Source: a bacterium
GTDB lineage: Bacteria > UBA8248
Direction: 5' to 3'
NCBI GenBank assembly: GCA_965261085.1
Contig: OZ253442.1
Span: forward strand, 160,001 to 224,000
DNA length: 64,000 nucleotides
Below the pieces are notes generated by a model. That model was not told the DNA's origin. It made no database searches and saw only the letters and a list, made by a program, of their open reading frames with translations. Each line of letters begins with the position of its first letter. Positions within the stretch are counted from its first letter, which is position 1. The translations under genes were made by a program, and so were the position numbers. Positions 9,976-20,745 of this stretch are shown in pieces.

Positions 9976-11226
9976 TCAGGCAACGCCCATTTTCTCGCCA
10001 TAGGCTTCGAGGGCCTGCTCGAAACAGGCGAGTGGCGCGCGCACCACGCCCGCGCCCACCTGCCCGACGCCGGGCTCTTTGTGCGCGATGCCTGTGTTGA
10101 TGACGGGCGTGACGCCGAGTTTCACCACCTTGGTGATGTCGATACCCGTGGGAACCCCCTGAAAATCAAGAGAGGGAATCGTCCACTCGGGGTTTCGGCC
10201 CTGGGTGATCTCATACATGGAGCGGGAGTAATTCAGCGCATCCGCCGCACTCCCCGCGCCTACGAACCCGACGACGGCGGGCGCCGCGGCCATGGCGAAC
10301 CCACCCAACCCCATCGTCTCGATGATTGTGGAATCGCCCATGTCCGGATTCGCGTCGTCCTCGCCGAAGCCCGGGAAATACAACCCTTCTGGCATCTCCA
10401 CCGGCGCCGTGAACCACTCATCCCCCGTCGCGCTCACCCGAATACCGAAGTCCGTTCCATTGCGGCACATCGCCGTGACGATGCTCGACGCCTCGATATC
10501 GCGCACCGGGTCCATCACCGCCTTTCCGGTAGCCATCGCGACGTTCAGGAAAAACTGATCGTTTCCGCCGATGAAGGACAAAACCTCCTCCAGCGCCCCG
10601 CTTTCCCTCACGACGCGCGCCAGCGCAGGAGCCGCCTCGCGCATGAAGAGACTCGTACACGCCACGTTGCGCTGGTGCATTTCATCACCCATCGAAAGCC
10701 CCCGCGCGATGATGCTCTTAAGAGGCATACCCCCTATGGCCTGGAGGGCGTCTGAGAGAGCGGGCGCCAGGCGCTCCGCCAGCCAGCGAAGCCGGTTCAG
10801 CACCTCTTCGTCGTTTCCGCCGAAGCGCATCACCTTCCCCAGACCTTCGTTCAGGGCGCAGTACGCCCGGTTCCCGAATTTTCTGTTCTCCACGATCATC
10901 ACCGGCATCGAGCGCGTGGTGATGCCCGTCATGGGGCCGACGGCGTCGAAATGATGATTCGGATGGAACACGATCCCGCCCGAGGCGGCGAGCGCTTCGC
11001 CTGAGGTCAAATCTTCCGCCCAGCCTTCCAGAACGGCCGCCCCCGCGACGGCCCCGCGCAGGGGACCGCACATCCGCTCCCACTCGATCGGGGGGCCTGC
11101 ATGAAGGAGAACGCCATCCTCCAAACCCGGTATCACCTCACCCGCCGGACAAACGTCCACCAAAACGGGTTCCGCTTCGGTGATGCGGGTGAGCGCCTCC
11201 GTGTTCGCGTCCGTGATCACGCCCAT
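9976..11226 (-). CDS. DUF1116 (YlbE/YahG-like) protein
   Basis: LLHAGPPI, MCGPLRGA, AVGPMTG, GDEMHQRN, NPDMGDS, INTGIAH. Confidence 0.88.
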   Translation of the reverse strand: MGVITDANTEALTRITEAEPVLVDVCPAGEVIPGLEDGVLLHAGPPIEWERMCGPLRGAVAGAAVLEGWAEDLTSGEALAASGGIVFHPNHHFDAVGPMTGITTRSMPVMIVENRKFGNRAYCALNEGLGKVMRFGGNDEEVLNRLRWLAERLAPALSDALQAIGGMPLKSIIARGLSMGDEMHQRNVACTSLFMREAAPALARVVRESGALEEVLSFIGGNDQFFLNVAMATGKAVMDPVRDIEASSIVTAMCRNGTDFGIRVSATGDEWFTAPVEMPEGLYFPGFGEDDANPDMGDSTIIETMGLGGFAMAAAPAVVGFVGAGSAADALNYSRSMYEITQGRNPEWTIPSLDFQGVPTGIDITKVVKLGVTPVINTGIAHKEPGVGQVGAGVVRAPLACFEQALEAYGEKMGVA

Positions 11227-12485
11227 CCAGCCATCTCCCCCCAGGTCGTCTCCGCCACGTTTTCCACGATGATGCGCCCGCCCTTCACCACGAATCTCTT
11301 CTCGGGCTGATCGATGAGGACGTCGTCGAAATTCCGAGAATCGAGAACCACGAAATCGGCTGCGCAGCCCGTTCTCAGGCCGTAACCATCCTCCACCCCC
11401 AACGCCTTAGCGCCGTTGGTCGTGAAAAGATCCGGAACCACAGCCCTGTCCGATGCGCCGCTCATGTGGAGCACATGGGCGAGGAGGAGGCCAATTTCGA
11501 GCAAATCGCCGCGACCCGAGGGCGTAAAGGCGTTCCGGATGTTGTTCGATGAAATAGCCACGTTGACGCCCGCACTGAGTAAGTCCTTCACGGGGGCGAG
11601 GCTCCTGAAGCGAGGCGGCTCCTCTCCCCTGCCGCCCAGGAACAAATCCGTCGCCGGCAAGGGCAGGACGGAGATGCCCGCCTCCAGAATCTTCTCGATG
11701 ACCGGCGCGGCCTCATCCCGCGACATGGCGCCCGGGGAAGTGAGATGCCCCACGGCCACCCTGCCCTGCAAACCGGCGGCCATCGTGCGGGCGGCCACGG
11801 ATTCGATGTTCCTTACCCGGGGGTCGTCCGCGAAATCGAGATGAAAATCCAGACCACAGCCAAACGCCTCGGCCATCGCGAAAACGATATCCAGATGCCG
11901 CCCGGCGTCCAGGTCGTTATACGGGATTCCGCCCACCAGGTCCCCGCCCATCCGCATGGCCTCGCGCATCAAATCCTCCGTTCCCGGCTGCTGCTCGATG
12001 CCCTCCTGCGGAAAAATGACGAGTTGAAAATCCGCCAGGCCGGCGTATTTCTCCTTGAGCGCCAGGGCGACTTCCACCCCCTTCAGTCCGACGATGGGGT
12101 CGACCTCCACCTGCGCGCGAAACCAGGTGGCGCCGTGCCGGATGCACATGCGAAGCGCGCGCTCGGCGCGCTCCATCATGTCTTGTTTCGTGACGCTTTT
12201 TTTCAGGGCGAGCGTGATGGATATGGCGTCCTCGAGCGTGCCGGAGAGATTGGGCTCGCGTTCTTCCAGAAACGCCTTGTCCAGATGAATATGGCTCTCC
12301 ACGAACGCGGGCAGCACGACGCGCGCGCCCAGGTCGATCTCCTCGCAGCCGGCATCGTTCGCGATTCCAGGCGATATTCCCGAAAACCGGCCTCCGGCGA
12401 CGCACAAATCCACCAAGGGTCCCCCTAAGTCGATTCTGGCGTTCCTGAAAATTCTATCGTCCGTCATCTCGGCGCTCATGATCAT
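11217..12485 (-). CDS. Amidohydrolase, cytosine-deaminase-like subgroup
   Basis: ESHIHLDK (HxH), FPQEG, VGGIP, DFHLD, VGHLT, ADFVVL. Confidence 0.88.
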   Translation of the reverse strand: MIMSAEMTDDRIFRNARIDLGGPLVDLCVAGGRFSGISPGIANDAGCEEIDLGARVVLPAFVESHIHLDKAFLEEREPNLSGTLEDAISITLALKKSVTKQDMMERAERALRMCIRHGATWFRAQVEVDPIVGLKGVEVALALKEKYAGLADFQLVIFPQEGIEQQPGTEDLMREAMRMGGDLVGGIPYNDLDAGRHLDIVFAMAEAFGCGLDFHLDFADDPRVRNIESVAARTMAAGLQGRVAVGHLTSPGAMSRDEAAPVIEKILEAGISVLPLPATDLFLGGRGEEPPRFRSLAPVKDLLSAGVNVAISSNNIRNAFTPSGRGDLLEIGLLLAHVLHMSGASDRAVVPDLFTTNGAKALGVEDGYGLRTGCAADFVVLDSRNFDDVLIDQPEKRFVVKGGRIIVENVAETTWGEMAGWA

Positions 12486-12779
12486 TTAACCGGAGTGAAA
12501 TATCACCTTAACAGAAACGAAACGCGCATCGGCCATAGTCGCAAAATGGAGAAACTCGTCATTGCGAACTCTATCTTTCCGCGCGAATTTTCGCCAGCGA
12601 AAAAGGAGGAAGCCAAAAAAATCCCGTTTCCCGTCAACTTGACCCACACCTGGAATCGTGAACATAATGAAGGATTCAGGGTCATATTTCATCTGCTTCT
12701 CACGCGGCTTGGCGACCCGGTGACGCGAGGTGGCGTTTGATCGTGCGGCGCGCCATTCCAGGACTAAAGAGAGACTTGC

Positions 12780-13877
12780 ATGACCACTCTGAGTTTTACG
12801 AACATCCTCGTTCTCAGCTATAATTCCCTCTCCTACGCCGCGATTCTGTTTCTCCTGGCGAGCGGACTCTCGCTCATCTTCGGCGTGATGCGCATCGTGA
12901 ACCTCGCTCACGCCGCTTTTTTCCTCTTCGCCGGCTATCTCGCCCTGGAATTCTACAACATCATTTTCGGCTCCCTGAGCCTGATGCCGCGAATCATCCA
13001 AATCGTTTCGTGGGCCCTGCTGTATCTCGCATGGCGGGGGCTCACGGAATACGTCGCTCCCAGACACGCCGCGCTGGCGCTCCTGCTGGCCTACATCGTC
13101 TTGGAAACCCTGAGCAGCCTGATATGGGGCTTCAAATTCTTCGAACTCTTCTTCCCGCACGTGCCCATCAAACCCGTCGACAGGATCAACTTCGCAGGGA
13201 TGATAGCCGCCATCGCCGTCGCGATTTCCATCGCGGCGCTGTGCGGGATGTTCATCGAGCGTTTTTTCCTGCGCCGCCTCGGGCAGGACACGCTCTCGCA
13301 GGTGCTGGTGACCATCGGCTTCGCCTTCATCTTGCAAGACGGCTCGCTCTACACCTGGGGCGGGGACAACTTCATGCTCAAACAACCATGGCCCCTTAAC
13401 TACAGCGCCGTCGTCTGGGGCCTGTCGCTGCCGCAGTACCGCGCCTTCATGATCGTCACCGCCGTCTTGGTGGCCGTGGTCCTGTTCCTGGGGATAGAGC
13501 GCACCCGTCTCGGCGCCATCATGCGCGCGGCGGTGGACGACCCCGAAATGGCGCGCGGCATCGGCATCAACACCAACGTCGTGCAAATGGCGATATTCGC
13601 CATCGGGGCGATGCTGGCCGCCACGGGCGGCGTGGTGGGCGGCGCGTTCTTCGGCGTCTACCCGGGGCTCGATTTCGAGGTACTCCCCTATGCGTTCGCC
13701 GTGGTGATCATCGGGGGCCTCGGCAGCCTGGGCGGCGCCGTCCTGGGCAGCATCGTGGTCGGCTTCATCGAGAACTTCGGGACCGCGCTGTTTCCCGAAC
13801 TCTCCTATTTCGCGCTCTTCGCGCCCATGGCCATCATTCTGGCGATCAAGCCAACCGGCCTGTTCGGAAAGGGTTAA
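12780..13877 (+). CDS. livH: Branched-chain amino acid-type ABC permease (LivH-like)
   Basis: GLSLIFGVMRIVNLAH, RTRLGAIMRA, IIGGLGSLGGA. Confidence 0.88.
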   Translation: MTTLSFTNILVLSYNSLSYAAILFLLASGLSLIFGVMRIVNLAHAAFFLFAGYLALEFYNIIFGSLSLMPRIIQIVSWALLYLAWRGLTEYVAPRHAALALLLAYIVLETLSSLIWGFKFFELFFPHVPIKPVDRINFAGMIAAIAVAISIAALCGMFIERFFLRRLGQDTLSQVLVTIGFAFILQDGSLYTWGGDNFMLKQPWPLNYSAVVWGLSLPQYRAFMIVTAVLVAVVLFLGIERTRLGAIMRAAVDDPEMARGIGINTNVVQMAIFAIGAMLAATGGVVGGAFFGVYPGLDFEVLPYAFAVVIIGGLGSLGGAVLGSIVVGFIENFGTALFPELSYFALFAPMAIILAIKPTGLFGKG

Positions 13878-13880
13878 GCC

Positions 13881-14894
13881 TTGGCGGAGAAAAGAAGGGT
13901 GCTCATCGTGCTGGGCGTCTTCGTCGCGCTCGGCGTCGTCACGCCGTTTCTCGACCTCTTCATGCAGAGCCTGGTGACGGAGATCCTCGTCTTCGGCATC
14001 CTGGCAATGAGCCTGGACCTTCTCCTGGGATTCACCGGGCTGCCCTCTCTGGGACACGCCGCCTATTTCGGCGTCGCCTCCTACACCACGGCCATCATCA
14101 TGACGAAAGAAGACTGGACGTGGACTTACGCCGCCTTCCAGTGGACAAACTCGCTGGGGCTGGGCCTTTTCTACATCTTCATATTCGCGCTGATCGTGGC
14201 CATGGCCTTCGCCGCGTTCTTCGGTTTTCTGGCCATACGCGCCGTGGGCGTGTATTTTCTGATGATCACCCTTTCTCTCGCCATGGTCGTCTGGGGTCTG
14301 GCCTATCGCTGGAGCGCCGTGACGGAAGGAGACAACGGCATCAACGTCCTGGGGAGACCGTCTCTATTCGGCATATCGCTGGAATCGGAAATTACGTTCT
14401 TCTACTTCACGCTCGCGGTGTTTCTCATTTGCCTGGGGCTGATGTACCTGTTCGTGAGAAGCCCCTTCGGAAAAACGCTGGTCGGCATCAGGGAGCGCGA
14501 GGAGCGCATGGAGATGCTCGGCTACAACATCTGGCTCCACAAATACCTCGCGTTCATCATCGCAGGCGTGTTCAGCGGCGTTTCGGGCGTGATGTGGACG
14601 CTGTTCAATCTCTTCGTGAGCCCGCCGGACATCGAACTCATCACCTCGGCCGAGGCGCTCTTCATGGTGGCGCTGGGCGGACCCGCCACGCTCGTCGGCC
14701 CGGTGATCGGCTCGGCGATCATCCGCTCGCTGCAACAATTCATCAGCATCTACGTGGAGCGATGGCCGCTGATTCTGGGCGCCATTTACATCATCACCAT
14801 CATGTTGGGACGCCTCTACGGCGTCGAGGGAATTCTTGGATTGTTCGGCAAGTTTCGCAAACCCGCCGCCCCGCCTGAAACCCCGGAGGGTTGA
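13881..14894 (+). CDS. livM: Branched-chain amino acid-type ABC permease (LivM-like)
   Basis: LLLGFTGLPSLGHAAYFG, SPFGKTL.GIRE, LGG..TL.GP. Confidence 0.88.
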   Translation: MAEKRRVLIVLGVFVALGVVTPFLDLFMQSLVTEILVFGILAMSLDLLLGFTGLPSLGHAAYFGVASYTTAIIMTKEDWTWTYAAFQWTNSLGLGLFYIFIFALIVAMAFAAFFGFLAIRAVGVYFLMITLSLAMVVWGLAYRWSAVTEGDNGINVLGRPSLFGISLESEITFFYFTLAVFLICLGLMYLFVRSPFGKTLVGIREREERMEMLGYNIWLHKYLAFIIAGVFSGVSGVMWTLFNLFVSPPDIELITSAEALFMVALGGPATLVGPVIGSAIIRSLQQFISIYVERWPLILGAIYIITIMLGRLYGVEGILGLFGKFRKPAAPPETPEG

Positions 14895-14942
14895 GGACGG
14901 AGCGGCCCCGCGTCTCCTAAACGAAATGAAGGAGGAAAAAAG

Positions 14943-16195
14943 ATGAAACGGAAACTCATCACCATCATCGCAGCGCTCGGCATCACCTTTACCGCCGGTC
15001 TCGGCGGCGCCCAGGCCGCCGAGGTGCGCATCGGGTTCATCGCGCCGATGACGGGCATCTTCGCCAGATCGGCAAGGACATGAGCAACGGCTTCAAGATG
15101 TACATGGCGCACACGAAGAACAAGATGGGTCCTCTGGACGTCAAGTTCATCCTCGAGGACTCCACCGGCAAGCCGGCCGTGAACGTGCGCAAGGCGCTCA
15201 AGCTCATCAAGCGCGACAAGGTGCACATGTTCATCGGCGGCCTCCTGGCCAGCACCGGATACGCGCTCGCGCCTGTGAGCGACCGCTTCAAGGTGCCCTA
15301 CATCTCGCCCGTGCCGGCGGCGGACGACCTCACCCAGCGCAAGCTCTTCAAGCATTTCCTGCGCAGCGGATTCACGAGCAGCCAGAACAGCCATCCGCTC
15401 GGCGAGTGGGCGTACGACCAGGGCTACCGCAACGTGGTCACCATCGGCGCGGACTACGCGTTCGGCTACGAGACCGTAGGCGGCTTCCAGAAGGCCTTCG
15501 AGTCGCGCGGCGGCAAGGTTGTCAAGAAGATCTGGGCGAAACTCGGCACGAAGGACTTCGGCCCCTATCTGCCGCAGATACCCAAGGACGCCGACGCCAT
15601 CTTCACGCTGATGGTCGGCCCCATGTCCCTGGCCTTCCCGAAACAGTTCCGCGCCGCGGGCTACAAGATGCCGATGCTCGGCGGCGTGACGAGCGCGGAT
15701 GAGTTCATTCTCCCCAGCATGGGCGCTGAGGCGCTCGGCTACGTGACGGCCTCGCAGTACAGCGCCGCTCTCACGACGGACAAGAACAAGGCGTTCGTCA
15801 AGGAATATCAGCAGCGCTACGGGAAGATGGCCTCCTACTACTCGGAGTCCTGCTACACCACGGCCCAGTGGGTGGACCTCACGCTCAAGAAGATCGGCTA
15901 CAAGCCGGAGAACACCGATGCGTTCCTCAAGGCGTTCAAGACCATTCGCATCGACGCCATCAGGGGGCCGGTGTATCTGGACGAATACGGAAACCCGGTG
16001 CACAACAGCTACATCCGCCGGGTGACCCGCGTGAAGGGCGACCGCCTGGGTCTGGGCGTGAAAGCGAACTCGCTCTGGAACCTCGTTATTAAAACCTACC
16101 CGGCCGTGGGCCAGTTCTGGAAGTGGTCGGCGAAGGATTTCCTGAAGGACCCCGTGTACAGCAAGAAGTTCCCGCCGTGCACACATTGTAAATAA
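14943..16195 (+). CDS. Liv-type ABC substrate-binding protein with a 1-nt frameshift near 15065
   Basis: RBS AGGAGG, then signal peptide MKRKLITIIAALG...AQAAEVRIGFIAPMTGIFA. One extra C in TTCGCC^AGATC restores (Q)IGKDMSNG and joins ORF 15080..16195 (ADYAFG motif). Confidence 0.85.
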
Positions 16196-16196
16196 A

Positions 16197-16249
16197 GGGC
16201 GAATTCCCCGCCGTCCGGACCTCCCCGGCCCGGGCGGCGGATTCGCGCC
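16197..16249 (+). terminator. Intra-operon GC-rich stem-loop after the binding-protein gene
   Basis: CCGCCGTCCGG...CCGGGCGGCGG with outer GCGAAT/ATTCGC pairing; no U-tract, so it may act as an mRNA stabiliser. Confidence 0.5.
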
Positions 16250-16278
16250 AGCGGACTTTCCGAAGGAGCAACCAGATT

Positions 16279-17037
16279 TTGGCGAACGGGCAGCAACCAG
16301 GGCTGGAACTGGAGAGCGTCACCAAGCATTTCGGCGGCCTCCACGCCGTCGAGGACGTGAACCTGCGCCTGAACCTCGGCGAGCGGCGGGGAATCCTGGG
16401 GCCGAACGGAGCGGGGAAGACAACGCTCTTTCACCTGATAACGGGCGTGCTTCCGCTCACCTCGGGCCGCATCCGCCTTTTCGGGCAGGACGTCTCGGGG
16501 TGGCCCACCCACAAGCGCGTGGCCTTGGGCATGGCGCGCACCTTCCAGATCACCAGCCTGTTCCCCAAGCTCACCGTGCTCGAGAACGTTCTGCTCGCCG
16601 TGCAGGGCTTGCGGAAGATGAAGATGATGATGCTGAAACCCCTCTCCAAGTACAAGGACGTGTATGAAAAAGCCGAAAAGCTGCTCAGCGACGTCAACTT
16701 CTGGCATTTGAGAGACCAGGAAGTCCGCAACCTCTCCCACGGAGAACAGCGCCAACTCGAAATCGTCCTCGCCCTGGCGAGCGACCCCAAGGTTTTGCTT
16801 CTCGACGAACCCTCCGCCGGCCTGGCCACGGGAGAATCCCACGAAATGGCCAATTTCCTGAAATCACTCGATCCGGAAATAGCCATTCTCATCATCGAGC
16901 ACGATCTGAACGTCATATTCGAGGTCGTCTCCCACATCAGCGTTCTGCACTACGGCGAAGTTCTCGCCGAGGGGCCCAGCGACGACATCCGCAACGACCC
17001 CAAGGTGCAGGAAATCTACCTCGGAAAGGCGGAATGA
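16279..17037 (+). CDS. livG: ABC ATPase (LivG-like)
   Basis: GPNGAGKT, ARTFQ, LSHGEQR, LLLDEP, IEHD. Confidence 0.92.
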   Translation: MANGQQPGLELESVTKHFGGLHAVEDVNLRLNLGERRGILGPNGAGKTTLFHLITGVLPLTSGRIRLFGQDVSGWPTHKRVALGMARTFQITSLFPKLTVLENVLLAVQGLRKMKMMMLKPLSKYKDVYEKAEKLLSDVNFWHLRDQEVRNLSHGEQRQLEIVLALASDPKVLLLDEPSAGLATGESHEMANFLKSLDPEIAILIIEHDLNVIFEVVSHISVLHYGEVLAEGPSDDIRNDPKVQEIYLGKAE

Positions 17038-17038
17038 C

Positions 17039-17749
<711 letters not shown>

Positions 17750-17984
17750 AAAAACCCCTCGCAAAACGGAATGTTTTCATAGTATGGTTGGACAGTTGTG
17801 TCGGAAGTGAAACAGATGAACGAAGAGGTGCTTCCACCAGGGCGTTTCCGAAGTTTCATACCAGGAAACGAGTTCGAACTCTGGCGCACCTCTGCCCATC
17901 ACCCGAAGAAAACCAGGCCGCGGCGAGAGAGTCGTGGACCCGAATCGGTGACCTGCCGCCGCACTCAACCGCTATGCCAGGGCG

Positions 17985-20375
17985 ATGACTCTCGTGCAAT
18001 TGGATCGCTATATCAACGCCATTCTTCGCCACCGGTGGCCGGTGGTCGCGCTGGCCGTATTGATCATGCTGGTCACGGGAGTCGGCGCGCTCTTCATCAC
18101 CGTCACGAACAATTACCGCATCATGTTCGGCGAAGACAATCCGCAACTCGCCGCTTTCAAGGCGCTGGAGAACACTTTTTCCACATCCAACATGGCGATC
18201 ATCGCCATCGCTCCTCGAAAGGGCTCGGTTTTCACCCGCGAGGCGCTCCGCGCTCTCGAGGAGTTGACGGAAGCCGCTTGGCGAACGCCTCATTCCAGAC
18301 GGGTCGACTCCCTTACGAATTACACGCATAGCCGCGCGCAGGGCGATGAATTGATCGTCGAGCCGCTCGTCGACGACGCGCGCTCGCTGAGCAATGCCGA
18401 CATCGCGCGAATCAGGAAAATCGCGCTTGAATCGGCCGATCTGGCCGGACGTCTCGTCTCCCGTGACGAGCGCGTGGGCGGGCTGGTGGTCACTTTCGTC
18501 CTGCCCGACAACATGTACGCCGCCGTGCTCAAGATAAACGACTATCTGAACGCCCTTCTGAAGCAATCCCGCGCGAGACACCCGGACATCGCCTACTACA
18601 TGAGCGGCGACGTGATCATCAACCACGCCTTCGCCGAGGCGACTTTCGATGATTTCGTCACCCTGGGTCCAATCGTGTTTCTCATGATCATCGTCACCAC
18701 CACCCTTCTCCTGCGCTCGCTTCTCGGCACAGTGTCCATCATCGTCGTGATCGGGTTCGTCGTCACGACCACCATGGGAATCGCGGGCTGGCTCGGTACG
18801 GTGTTCAGCCCCGCCAACGCCGGTGTACCGACCATCGTCATGGCGACATGCGTCGCCCACTCGGTCCACATCATCACGACCACTCTGCTGGGTATGGGCC
18901 ATGGGTTGGACAAGGATGCGGCGATTGCCGAATCGCTTCGCAGCAACGCCTGGCCGGTGTTTCTGACCTCGCTCACGACCGCCGCCGGATTCTTGAGCTT
19001 GAACTACTCGGATTCGCCTCCATTTCGCATCCTGGGCAATCTCGTGGCGCTCGGCGTGGCGTGCGCCTTCATCTATTCGGTGACCCTGCTGCCGGCGCTG
19101 CTATCGTTTCTGCCCTTGCGCGCGCGCCGAATTCCCTCCGATAAATCCCTGTTCTTCGATCGCTTCGGCGCATTTGTGGTCAGGCGTCGCGCGTTTCTGC
19201 TCTCGTTCGTCGCCATTCTGACGCTCGTTCTCATCAGCGGCATTCCCCGCAACGAGTTGACCGAGAGGTGGGCGCACAACTTCGACGAACGCTATCAATA
19301 CCGGCGCGACACGGATTTCATCTCCCAAAACCTGACCGGTCCCAATTTCCTGGAATACGCGCTGAAAGCGGGGCGCGAAGGCGGCATCACCGACCCCGGA
19401 TACCTGAGAAAAGTCGAGGCATTCGCCGAATGGTGCCGGAAACAAACCGAAGTGACCCACGTCCAGGCTTTTTCGGACATCATGAAGCGCCTGAACAAGA
19501 ACATGCACGGCGACGACCCGGCCTTCTACCGGCTGCCCGAAGACTCCAGGCTCGCCGCGCAATATCTGCTGCTCTTTGAGTTTTCGCTTCCCTTCGGCAT
19601 GGACCTCAACAACCGCATCGACGTTGCGAAATCCGCGACGCGCATGACCGTCGTGCTGCGCAGCCTCTCCTCCCGGGACCACCGCGATTTCGACGAGCGC
19701 GCACAGGGCTGGCTCCGCGCCAACATACCCGAATTTGCGGACGAGGCGTCAGGCATCACCATGATCTTCGCGCATCTTGCCCTGAGAAATATCCACGGCA
19801 TGCTTCGCGGCACGATCATCGCCATGCTGCTCATCTCTTTCCTCCTGGTCCTGGTTTTCAGAAGCGTCCGCCTGGGCCTCATCAGCCTCGTGCCCAATTT
19901 CATTCCCGCGGCCATGACCTTCGGCCTGTGGGGCTATCTGGTCGGCCGGGTGGGTCTCGCCGGCTCCGTGATGACCACCATCGCATTCGGTATCATCGTG
20001 GACGATACGATTCACTTCATGAGCCGATATCTCAAAGCCCGCCGTATGGGCCTATCCGCGCCTAAGGCCGTGCGCGCCACCTTTCGAATCGTGGGCCAGG
20101 CGCTATGGACGACGACCGCGGTCTTGACGCTCGGTTTCCTGGTATTCGCCTCATCGGGATTCGAGCCCAGCAGGGCGCTCGGCCTGATGGTGGCGATCAC
20201 GCTCGTCTTCGCGCTCCTGGCCGATTTTCTGCTTCTGCCGACCCTGCTGATGGCCATCGACCGGAAGGAGCTATCTCATCTCACGCCCGGGGCAAAGGGT
20301 TCGAGATTGCGAGTAAATTCCGCCGGGGAATTTGGGCGAACGGAGAAACCGGAAAACCCATCCGGGATCGGCTGA
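17985..20375 (+). CDS. MMPL/RND-family transporter (copy 1)
   Basis: Two TM-bundle repeats, TSLTTAAGFLSL, GIIVDDTIHF; has a C-terminal extension that runs into the repeat module. Confidence 0.93.
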   Translation: MTLVQLDRYINAILRHRWPVVALAVLIMLVTGVGALFITVTNNYRIMFGEDNPQLAAFKALENTFSTSNMAIIAIAPRKGSVFTREALRALEELTEAAWRTPHSRRVDSLTNYTHSRAQGDELIVEPLVDDARSLSNADIARIRKIALESADLAGRLVSRDERVGGLVVTFVLPDNMYAAVLKINDYLNALLKQSRARHPDIAYYMSGDVIINHAFAEATFDDFVTLGPIVFLMIIVTTTLLLRSLLGTVSIIVVIGFVVTTTMGIAGWLGTVFSPANAGVPTIVMATCVAHSVHIITTTLLGMGHGLDKDAAIAESLRSNAWPVFLTSLTTAAGFLSLNYSDSPPFRILGNLVALGVACAFIYSVTLLPALLSFLPLRARRIPSDKSLFFDRFGAFVVRRRAFLLSFVAILTLVLISGIPRNELTERWAHNFDERYQYRRDTDFISQNLTGPNFLEYALKAGREGGITDPGYLRKVEAFAEWCRKQTEVTHVQAFSDIMKRLNKNMHGDDPAFYRLPEDSRLAAQYLLLFEFSLPFGMDLNNRIDVAKSATRMTVVLRSLSSRDHRDFDERAQGWLRANIPEFADEASGITMIFAHLALRNIHGMLRGTIIAMLLISFLLVLVFRSVRLGLISLVPNFIPAAMTFGLWGYLVGRVGLAGSVMTTIAFGIIVDDTIHFMSRYLKARRMGLSAPKAVRATFRIVGQALWTTTAVLTLGFLVFASSGFEPSRALGLMVAITLVFALLADFLLLPTLLMAIDRKELSHLTPGAKGSRLRVNSAGEFGRTEKPENPSGIG

Positions 20376-20452
20376 AATGCATATTGCGCTGATGAACGAA
20401 TTTGATAAGATGTTCAGGAAATGGAAAGAAGTTGTAAGGAGCCGTGAAACAA
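20318..20452 (+). repeat. Degenerate copy of the livF-tail/promoter module
   Basis: CGCCGGGGAATTTGGGCGAACGGAGAAACCGGAAAACCCATCCGGGATCGGCTGAAA..TTGCGC..TAAGAT..AGTTGTAAGGA. Confidence 0.75.
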
Positions 20453-20499
20453 ATAATTACAGGTAAGCATTCAAGAGGGTATTTTAACGGCTTTTCGAA

Positions 20500-20745
20500 A
20501 GGATTGCCCGAAAAGAGGGGCTTTCGTCGCCCGAGGCCGTGCGGTCAGTCTTTCGCACCGCAGGCCATGCGTTATGTATGACAACCGCTGTTTTTGCCCT
20601 GGGTTTCGTGGCTTTCGCCGTATCGGGATTGGCAAATGACAGGGCGCTCGGCCTCCTGCTCGGGATAACGATTGTTATCGCGCTCGTGGCCGATTTTCTG
20701 TTTCCGCCGACTCTGCTGATGGCCATCGACCGGAGAAAAAAATGA
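20500..20745 (+). pseudogene. C-terminal remnant of a third MMPL gene
   Basis: EGLSSPEAVRSVFRTAGHAL..TTAV..ALVADFL.PPTLLMAIDRRKK matches the ends of both full MMPL genes; its stop overlaps the next start. Confidence 0.85.

Noticed and set aside
12486-14057. Long antisense ORFs (also 29800..31677, 46004..47641, 44677..46071, 14816..16186)
   Set aside because: Shadow ORFs opposite well-supported genes, as expected in high-GC DNA.
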